Below the pieces are notes generated by a model. That model worked only from the letters and a program-made list of their open reading frames with translations, did not search any database and had not been told where the DNA came from. The position numbers were made by a program, and so were the translations under genes. This document shows, in pieces, positions 53,372 through 64,000 of a DNA stretch of 64,000 nt; position 1 is the first letter of the stretch; every line of letters starts with the position of its first letter. The DNA is from Tubiluchus corallicola. Taxonomy: Eukaryota > Animalia > Priapulida. The stretch is taken from NCBI GenBank assembly GCA_030141605.1, contig JAQGDQ010000232.1, positions 186,001 through 250,000 of the forward strand, given 5' to 3'.

Positions 53372-56300
53372 CTAATCAGCTAATGCCTTTACTTTGTAGA
53401 TTATCATGGAAAGTATTTGCATAAGTAAAACAAACATGTAAGCAGAAAAAGTAATAATATAAACTGGAGAGACAGATTCAGTTCGATCAAGAAACCATGA
53501 TACATGTGTAGACTTATCTAAGTCATAACTTATTCCGACAATTACATAAACAAAGTTTATGCAAAAGATGAAAATAGTTGAAATATTTCGTATATTCTTC
53601 ATCTCACTCAAAACCTAAAACAAAAAATCTTCTTTAGAACCTTACAATGGCCTGGAAAATGGACATTTTGCTTAAAAAATTACATCGTTTTGAGTTTTAA
53701 CTGAGTAATGGATTTTGGTTTGACTTTTTGACTTGCAAAGTTTAGGATTCATTGTTTTTGCTGTTATTAAAGCATTTTATAAATTCTTATTTCCTTTATT
53801 TACCAGAAGGCAGGGATTACAACATTTATCTTAACATACCTTTTTATGATGTTGTTTTGTAACTGAACTTGGGGCGAGGTAGGATGATATGAGATTTTTC
53901 CAGAAAATTACTTCCCGTTCATCAAGCGTTTCATAATCTTGAGAGTTTTCTGAAGTGTTCAAAGCTGATTACTATAGAAAAATCATATTATTATAAAGAT
54001 CTGACATACAAAGCACATAACTAAACAAACAGTAACTTTCCAAGAATAAGAATCTGTACCAGGAGCACAAACATGAGTTTAGGATTAACTGCATTTAATT
54101 CTTAGTTATGAATGATGTAACATGCAAAAAAATCATGTAGTATTGAATTCCATTTTAACTTAAAACCAAAACAGTATGCTAATTTTGTAATATTTTTGCA
54201 TGAGTATTAGGTAAACAGTAGAAGTTCGAATTAGTATAAGCAGTATTGCATAATCATGTGAAACAATGATGTGCTTATGAAAAATCACAAAGTTAACCAG
54301 TTACGTCATAACTTTTAAGTAAATGGCTGCTACCACTGAACATGAAAATTTCTATACAGAAGTAGTGTAACTGAACTTTATCCTTACAGATAGTTTTTGC
54401 AAATTCTTTTTATATTTTTCTAAATTTAAGTGATAATAGTAAAATAAACCCAACAAGCTAAGTGACTCATCTTTTCTTTGAATAGTGCTTAGGCACTTTA
54501 TAGCACCGAAATATAGCTTAGAACCAATTGTGGAAGCATTTTTGGTGCAAAAAATTAACTTTTGTTCTAGACATTTTCATTAAAAATGAATACTGCAAAT
54601 ACGCAGAAAGAAGTGATTCTATTTCTGTACCTGTGTTACAGTAACAGTCAGTCAAAATTTTCACATCAGGTTTCGTGGAAAACGTATCATTGTACATTTT
54701 GCATCCGTCTATTGATTCTAATAACTTGGTAACAATTTTCCTGCTGAGAGGTCTACTAGGTTTGGAGAAAAAATACAACAGAGTGCAAAAGCTTTTTAAC
54801 AACAACCATTTGATCTTCTGGTACATGGTATTCGCTTTGCCTAAAACGAGAAAATTCTGAGTAAATCAAAAATCAACATTAGTGTAAAGTACAGCAATCC
54901 TGGCAGGTTACTGCTGAGCGATGAGGTGACTTGTACACGTGATGGGGGCTGTGCATTTTCCCCCCGAGGCTATGCAGTGAGGCTATGTTTATCAATTCAG
55001 GTAATTTCGGCCAAATGTTGGTGAAGTGGTTCATCAGCTTGTACGGGAAAGGACTCCGATGGAAATATAGTTTCTTTTAAGCTTTAAAGATACATTAGCT
55101 TCTATTAGTTTACAGACTACCCATGATTGGTGTCATTACAACAGTCATAAATGTCTTTCAGCTGGTATACATTGCAACTCATGAGACAGAATTGTCAACG
55201 GTGTGCTCGGGCAATTGCTATAATTGTCAGCTAAATTTTTCTAGGTGTAGAGGTGCTTACGTGTAACGTTAAAGTTCAAAAACTAATACGATTCTATTTA
55301 AATTCTATTACACATTGTTGTCATGGCTAAAGAACTGAACCCCAGCAGAAATTTTTCGGCAAAGATCTGTAAGAATGGGGAGAGTACATATATGTAACTC
55401 TGAATACGATATTAAAATATTTCGATATTTTTTTTGTTTGTGATTATATAGCAGAACTTACTAGAGATCTTGGTAAACTTTTTATTCCTAATTGTAAGTG
55501 AACAAGCCTGTTGACTGCCCGAGAATTCCCGAGTTCCCCAGGAAATTATGTTCATGTTACATATGGCATAAATCAGTGTTATCAAATAATAAGATGGTGC
55601 TCCAAGAATAAAAACTATCTGAAATATAAAGCAGATAACTTAGGACCAACATTGATAAATGATAAAGACAATTTGCCACTGATACAAGTTTAATGGATAA
55701 GAAAGACAAAAGTTTAATAATGAATAAAAGATCAGTTACACCAGTAATTGTTCTAGAAAAAGTGAACGACTAATAAAAAGAGCTCTAAAAACTTCTCTGT
55801 TTGTCAAATTTTGAACAATTAAAAATGGCAAAAACTTTCATTATTATAGCAGCTGATCTGATAAGAAGCATAATATATTTTATTGGTTTTCAAGGGGGAG
55901 ACATTTGGAATGAAAAAATCACAAAAAACTTTTGTTGATTAATTTCTGAGATACGGAGAAAACATTATTTTCAAAAGTTATGTAATGTGTTTAAACTTCA
56001 ACTTACCAGCATTACCAAGTTGAGATCGCTTCTGTGACACACAATGCTAGCAATGAAAGGTGCAAAACATCCTAGCAGTAAAAATGCTGAACTTGACATG
56101 TGACTGGCAGTGAAGATGTTAACAAACAAGCCCAACATTGACAAGAAACTTAAAATTCCATAAAAAACGGTCAAAAATTTCGCATAAGCAAACTGAAAAT
56201 AAAATTGGGTACTATAAAATCAGGTACTATAGATTGTCAACATAAAAGAAAGCTAATATTAATAGACCGGCAAAAAAATCCATGTTTTCCTACTACAAGT

Positions 56301-59300
56301 GCAAAAGTCTTCCAATTGTCGGTTAGTTAAGTTAATGCTAACACTATTTACTTAACAATTACTGTTTGTCAAAACTAAAGTGTGACAAAGATGAAGTTTT
56401 ATTAGAAAGGCATTAAAAAAATTAAATTTGCGGCCTCAGGGCAAAATCATGTATTCGGCGTTTAACAGAGTTTCCACTGTATGCTTTCATTAACATTAGA
56501 CGGTCCAATAGCGACATAAGTCTATGGCAACGCACTTTTAAGTTAGAGTTAACAGTAAAAAAATAAAAGTACAATTTGCAATAAACAGTAAAGACAAAAT
56601 AGACAACATATAAAAATAGAAAATATTATTAACTATAGAGATAATGTATGAAACAGCTTTTACCGCAAATCCTTCTTTAAAAGCTAGTACAGTACCTTGC
56701 CCATTCAGTAATTTTTTTCTATGTTCTGCAGGACTTATTTAAGTACTGATGTCAGCTGGAGTATGATAAATTAACAGGCATATTTACCTGTATTTTTTCT
56801 GAAGTGCACAAGCAAACGAGCATAAATAAGACAGCTGGAACTCCTGTTATGACAGCTCCCGAGAAGACTAGATCTTGTTGAGATGAAATAGTAAATAACT
56901 GAAACAGAGAAAAAACACAATACCAGAATTTAGTTTGCAAACAAAAAAATGCATACAACAACAACTACAAATGTTTTATTTATGCTCACATATTATTTCA
57001 TTATGCATACCTGTCAAGCTAACTTTGTTTCATGAAGTAATTCTGAAAATGCTAAATAAATTTAACAAAAATGTCTGAGCTAGCCAAAGTGTGATGAAAA
57101 TAAAAATAAAATTAGCTAAAACAAAAACAGAGCAATCAAAGAAGAAAACATCCGTTGAGCATTTTTTATTCATTTTTTCTAAAAAAAACATTTGCATTTG
57201 AGAGATCTTGGTAGAATTTTTTTGGATGCTGCAGAATGACTGTGATCTATATTTTGCTTATTTTTGGTAAGCTGACAAGTCAGTTGGTAATATCCTAAAC
57301 TGCATAAACATTCTTTAGTATAATATTGATCAAAACATAAGGCCAGAAGAGGAAGAAGAAGAACAGTCCCAAGTCTTCTAACATAGGCATAGCCTGTTCC
57401 TTGGCCACCTTTCTTCCTCCTGTACTTGACCAGTTACTCAGTTAGGGCTGGCTAGGTTTACACAGATCGCCAGAAGGTCATATTTGAGCGGTAAATGGCT
57501 TGAAACCTCTACAACGAGTGGGACGGAAACCCAGAACCTCTGGATTGACAATCAGTGCCATAACTGGGATGCCATGCCTTCTGACAGTACAACATACAGA
57601 GCATACAATGAATTTTTCTGCTATGCTTTGGTCATCAATACGTTGTAACACTGTAAAAATTTACTTACAATATTGTTAGAAACCACAAAGCCATGCATGA
57701 GAATAAACAGTGTTATACCCGGAGTGAGTAAGCCACTGATTACATTCAGGAAATGGTATAATAAGAACCAGATTCTGAAAAGATTGCATGGTAGTTGTCT
57801 TCCGCTTTCTGAAAAAAAAACAAGTATATTGTTTTCAAGTACTACACTTTATGCTTTTAGATGTAAAACATAACAGCATAATAATATAACCTTTAAATTG
57901 AATATTTTGCTAGTATATTTTGAATTCTTTGGGTAATGAAGAACGGGAGATTTGAGAAATTTATTGACACTGAGGTGCAAATGTGTTCTGCTGTGTTTTA
58001 AATAATTCTGCAAATAAAATAACAGGTAAATACTATAACAGTATGTCAACAAACAGAATACTTCTAGCAAATGGCAAATACTTAAAATTGAAGAAGAATA
58101 ACAAATTGCAGTTTTATAATAACATGCCAAGATGCAAACGTTAAGAGTTTTACATTTAATCATTGATGGGTGCAAGTTAATGATGTTACCCGACTGTAGT
58201 AGATGATATAAAATAATAGTGTTTCTATGGGCTTTCTAGCAATGCAGCAATGCTTAGTACATACATTTGGTGCAAGAACAATAATTGATTTGTCACGGCA
58301 TATACTTGGTGACTGAAGTTAAGCAGTGGAGGATTTGGATAGTAACTTGATGGTGGGATTTATCTTGCTTAGGGAGGATGTAAGCCCTTGTGCTGCAAAC
58401 TAGGTTAAGACACTCCAGCAGGCTTACTGTCTCTTCTGAGAAAGGTACCTTGATAATGTGCTAGATTCCACTACAAACACTTACATTAAATAGGCAATCA
58501 TTTAGTGCTGAATTTCAATAGGCAATATGTCAAACTCTATAAAAAATAATACCTGCAAGGAAAGCTATGTTATTAGCTTGAGAAGAAGGACTCCATCGTC
58601 TTCTCTGCTTGTAAAATTCCTCTAACGTTTCCGGAGAATGAGTACCAGCAAGGGCATCAGCACAATACTCAGTTCTTTTACCACTGTGCCTAACCAAGCT
58701 AGTCAGCCATCTGTCTTCTCCTGATATATACAACAATTATATGTACAAGTGTATTTTGCCAAAAATATAATAACAAAAATAATCATATTAGATCTTTAAC
58801 AATATTTTTTGGTCACGCACAACACATAAACTCATTAGTTTGCTGATAAAAAACTGTAATTATGTTGCAGCAATAAATGACATCAATTTTTGTGAAACAT
58901 TGCAACTAAGCTCTGATTACCATAAGAATGAAAAAAGCTTTGAGAAAGATTTGAGTCATCATTAGGCAAAGCTTTGTTAAAAAGGATTTTCTCCCGAGTC
59001 TACTGTGAAAATGAAAATGCGGTTTTTATATATACGACATTTTGTGCTGAGTCGCAGTATAATACAGTGACATTAATTATTGTCATTGTACCATTGCCAA
59101 TCATCTTTATTTAAAAGTAGCAGGCAAAAATTCCCTCCTTCTAAAATTACTCAGCAGTCACTTTGATGATGCATAGATGAGGAATAAGGTAAACAAGTCC
59201 ATATTTGCATCAGTGTCTTTCATTTGCATATGCAGTTTTATTGTGTAAAAAAGCATCATAGTCGTATGCACCATATATATATACATATATATATATATAT

Positions 59301-59318
59301 TTATATATATATATATAT

Positions 59319-59387
<69 letters not shown>

Positions 59388-62300
59388 ACAGACACTTGTA
59401 AATTGACCATGATGATCATACAAGTGGAAATACAAACAGAAGATTTCTTCATGAAACTCATATGTTTTTCAGAATTTCTCCAATTTTAGACAAACAAAAA
59501 CTTCAAACCTTTGTAACTGCTGATGAAGTTCACTACTCCATTGACATTCAGAATGTGTAAAAACTAAGAACACTTTAAAAACAAACAGTAAGTGATTGAA
59601 TCACAATCTTAAACCAAATTCAATTTTTTCATAATTGCCAGAACGTCTTCTTCATTAAAGATTAAATGTAATGAAGGTTAAAAGCTTAACATTTACAATT
59701 TATTTTTGGGGAAAAGTACCTCACCAGTTTTTGTTAAACATGTATAGAAGTTTGATTTTACTATATTTAATATTGTCTTATCAAACAGGAAATATACAGA
59801 AACTTATTTTTCATATAAAAATCAAATTGCTATTCTGTTAGTCATGCATGTGATATTATTACTATTGTTATTTATACCATTATTACTTTTGCTAATAATA
59901 TTAGTTATTAAGCACTAATTATAATTGTTATCTTTTGTTTTTTCTTCTATTATTATTGCTTCCATAGATATTCTTAGTTTGCATCATGTTTTTGTTTTGT
60001 TCTGAATTTTAAATCATTATTTACATATTTCCTAACAATAAATGCTAGTGTGCAGACAAAATGATGGATACTTCTAACAAAATTTATCATATTGTGGGTT
60101 GTTTATGAACCAGACATTGTTTTTTTTATAAAGAATTTAAAAACTTTATTATGTTCTACATGCTTAGTATTCAACAATATAAAAACTTCTTTGTACCTTG
60201 ATCATATAATAAGAACTGTATTCCTCGTTCTGTGTTTTTAGAGTATGTTTGTTTGACATTTTCAGCCATTAGTGCACTAGCTCTGTACAGACTGAAGCAT
60301 CCTGGACAGCACAACACACTACCAACCAACGACTCAGTTGACTTGTATAACCAATGAGCCATAGCATATTCAGTTTTTTGAAACCAAATAATAGGACCTA
60401 GACAATTTAAAAGATAAGAAGTAGAATAGATTAAAGACGCAAACAGTTGTCATAGAATGGATTAGTCTTTTATTTGTATCTTTGTAGTATTTTTCAGACC
60501 AAATAGATTTTCAGTCAAAAGCTAATTAGTCCAGAAATATTAAATCAAAGAAAGATCAACATTCATCACCATTTTCGGGCATTTTCTAACTACTATACAC
60601 TCGTTTATAATTGTCTCTCGTGTACAGGAAAATTTATTCCAAATAAAAAACTAGTCCAGAACTTCTGGAATGCTCCAAAAATTTACTAAACCAACAAAGC
60701 ATTTAGTCTTTAAATGAGCATCTATTACCTGTTTATCATTGCTTTGTTTACATCAGGTCAAATTCAGCAATGATAGTGAACAATTGCAAAATTAGCAAAT
60801 GATATAATCATCTCTACAGATTTAAGCTATAAATAAACTATATCCAATCAGTTTCATACCACTGCTGCTTGCCAATATTTCTTGGTATAATTTAAAAATG
60901 ATTGATAGGCTGGCGATCAATTTCAAGGATGTGGGAACGGAACTCAAAGGGGAGGGGGTAGTTATGCAGTGGCAGCTAACAGCAACAAACTCTGATATTC
61001 ATAGTTATGAAAACAAATGTACATAAGATCAGCAGCATCTGAACACAGAACGTCTTGATTAAGGCCTGTGTGTTTACTGATTCTACCAAGTCCCTGCGCA
61101 CGTGCAATAAAGCTCATGAGTCGTTTTTGTGTAACTGTGTTTCTCGACCAGGTTTTCAGTCTTCTGAGGACTAAAACTGAACGCTATCCTTATGTTACAT
61201 AAGCTGGCATTGCTAGGATCCAACCAGGCTAAGCAGTTTGATTACTTTTTTCGAAGGAAAAAATGAAAGACGCAAATAGTATACTTGCCCTTACTATATT
61301 TTCAAGAGGGTACCTGCCTCTTAATGCCCGAATCTATGATCAATTTAGTCACTTTTTGAGTATTTAATAGAAAGTTTTTATACCTGAACCAGTCGGATAG
61401 ATTCGTCCACATACAACTCCTAGAGATCTATCTTTCTCCATTGTAGTGACTAGCTTAGTGAGTGAATTTGGTTCAAAGTTAATATCACCATCAATGGCAA
61501 GTATGTAGCAATCATCTTGGTTTTGATTTGGATAAAACTGGTGTTTCCAGTCTAACAAGTAATGTATGTACATGACCTGTAGAGTACACACAAAAGTACT
61601 AAATATTAATGTTCAAGCTTCATAACAAAATAATGCATTTTCATAAAATGGTAGCATGGTTCATAGGCAACAAGCAATTTGAATATTTTAATGTTACCAT
61701 AAAATTATCACAGAGTACTTGTGTTAAAATTTGGAGTTGTCTTACACAAGTTTAAAAAATGATCTCGACAGAACTTAAAATAAATTTCGAGGAAATAATG
61801 ACAAACGTTTCCTCACAAAAATGTTTGATAAGAAATTAAGATGCTACAGTGGCGTAATTGGAGTTTGTGGCACCTGAGTAGCACTTGAACTTTTCTCCCC
61901 CTGATGAAAGATACATAGTAACAACATCTTTGTGATTTCAGATTTGTAAAATTTAGCGTTGCTGCATTGGAGTGACAAAAAGACAATTGTGGAGAAAACT
62001 GAGAAAATAATAAGGCTATTGATTTGATAATAATAATGAAAAGATTTGTTTGTGAAAATGTAATTTTTCCCTGCATGTTTCAAAAGCTGCGATGGGCCTA
62101 CTCAGAAGCTTCGCCAAATGTTAGCATAGGAAATGACATGATTATAAATGTACTTCACAGTAAATTAAAGACATACATTGTGCAGAAATCTTAAAAACAA
62201 AGAAACGAAAAAATCTGTGAAATATTGCAAAGATATTAAATCATTAACTATCATCTAATTCATCTTCCTTTTTAGCTTTCTTTTAAGAGTAATGGACTAT

Positions 62301-63230
62301 AAGCAGTGTTTTAAAGGAAAATTAAATGGTATCACGCATTTTGCTTTTTGTTAGGAAAATTCACAAACACGTTGAACAACATTTAAATGTTTGACAAATT
62401 AATGTGAGGAAAGTCACAAGCCAGCATCAAACAGCTGATTAGCAATCCCGAAATGTTTCTAAACACATAACACATACAACAAGAGACACACAAATTATAA
62501 CAAAGAAATTATAGGTCATGACGCCTGCAACAGTAAATGACAGGATAAATTAGACAATGATATTTTGCCTACTGTGCACAGGCTGTATAAGTTTTGTAAC
62601 ACATTTCTACTGTTCTGAGAGAATCAACCTTTATAATGTACTGATCAAAGTGCTGCCCGGAGCAGACCACTCTTTTGCTCACCTAGCTATGCCACTGAGG
62701 TATTAGAACAACAGTACCTGCTCATTAACTACATTCACTAACAAGTTATAGATGCATAATAAACCAAGCAAATTTTGCAAAAAAGCTATAAATAACGTTG
62801 AGTTTTCTCTACAGACAAGTTAAGACACATATTTACCTGACTCCATCTTTTCTTGTTTCGTATTTTAGCGTTATCTTTCAAATGCAACATAAGGGTCATT
62901 CCGCTAAGTAGCGTGAATGTGCACTGATTTCCATAAGGTGTATCAAGAAACTTGAAATTGTTACTGTCAGATCTGCATAGAAAATAGATTAACACCTATT
63001 AGGTAACTAACTCACAGATGTTTGAACATGAATAAACAATAAACAAATAAACGTTCTCAAGTGAATTTGCATGACTATATGTACAAAATGTCAACTAAAC
63101 ACAAGATGTTGCACTTACTTAAGCAGGCTGCAGAGAACTTGCAAAAAGTTCTTCACATATTCATTATATGTCTTTCGTCCATGTTTACAATGCACATCTT
63201 TGCTCAATGCATCGTCAAAAAATATGTGAA
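53372..63230 (-). CDS. CHS: Chitin synthase, divergent compact form, copy B (exons 3-14 in the window; 5' exons beyond the right edge)
   Basis: Exons 63230-63119, 62972-62837, 61576-61384, 60397-60197, 58720-58553, 57808-57669, 56898-56788, 56192-56007, 55618-55462, 54840-54631, 53964-53840, 53614-53372. Exon lengths are identical to copy A, with intact DGD, GEDRW, QRRRW and SWGTRE motifs. Confidence 0.9.
59273..59384. repeat. (TA)n microsatellite
   Basis: Directly visible. Confidence 0.97.
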
Positions 63231-64000
63231 CTGAAATACCAACACCAATAAATATGTAACAATGTATATATAAGGAGTTAAGAGTGTCAACACACAAAAA
63301 TTTTCTAACTTAGTCAAGCTAGCAAACACTGAATCAAATGAAAATTCATTCATTAATTAAGTTATGACTCGCACTTCAGCCATGATTAATTGATAGACAA
63401 ATTACAGGCCACAATCTTGATTAGAATGATCTGAAACTAGCAAAAAACTCCCATGTTTAAGCATTCATAGCAAGGTTTGTTTTATGTGAAGCATCAACTA
63501 AGCAGCACATTAATTAATTCAGCAAATGCTTACAAAAGGTCAGTTTCAACTGCAAAATGTTTTAACAGTCTGCACACATTGTGGAATCTCTCTAACAGAA
63601 CGACGTTTACTGTCTTATATGGGCTACAGTTGGGCTTTGAAGAAAGAATTATTTACTACCAATACTCTAAACAACAAGAAAACATAATGTCCTGTTGCTC
63701 AGATTATAGGAATTATGAGTAAAAAATTAAGAAATGGTGCAGAACCCTGTTCTATGGTTGACCATAGACTTCAGATACGACAACCTGTAAGAAGGCAACT
63801 TTATATCTATAGACCTATAAGCCACACGAGTTTTAGATTTCTTTTTCTGAACACTAACATTTCCCCATGGGTTGTAATTGCAATGACCTTATTCTTTTTG
63901 CATTGTCTAATAGAGTCCATGAATAAACAAAAATGAGGACCTAATTTGTTTGGGTTCTCTAAATTATTCCAAAGTAAGTTATCTAGAAACTTAGAAATTT

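Larger units (their letters stand above)
38150..64000. repeat. Tandem segmental duplication, unit about 15 kb (copy A about 38150-53140; copy B from about 53140 past the right edge)
   Basis: Collinear exons and introns. The offset is 14984 at the stop codons (38388 vs 53372) and falls to about 13630 at exon 3 because of indels. Confidence 0.97.

Noticed and set aside
38150-64000. Duplication as an uncollapsed-haplotype assembly artefact
   Set aside because: Intron divergence in many tracts, copy-specific insertions and synonymous-rich exon 7 differences look too great for alleles, though long reads should confirm this.

Overview
AT-rich, intron-rich invertebrate (protostome-like) nuclear DNA with four protein-coding loci that I assembled exon by exon. 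(1) The 5' part of an MFS transporter (oxalate:formate antiporter-like) on the minus strand, running off the left edge. (2) A complete 18-exon MCM6 (about 827 aa), head-to-head with the transporter and carrying a canonical E2F site. (3) A 9-exon ZP-domain (cuticlin/dusky-like) membrane protein of about 441 aa with a probable GC-AG intron. (4) A tandem duplication of about 15 kb carrying two divergent chitin synthase genes on the minus strand. The fully contained copy has an intact ORF of about 742 aa with all catalytic motifs but apparently lacks the whole N-terminal multi-TM domain typical of animal chitin synthases. The two copies show a patchwork of identical and diverged tracts, consistent with gene conversion. 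Repeats include a 5S rRNA-derived SINE family, tRNA-derived SINEs, a Tc2/pogo deletion derivative, MITEs, a LINE 3' end and microsatellites. All exon models were read by eye with no database or transcript support.
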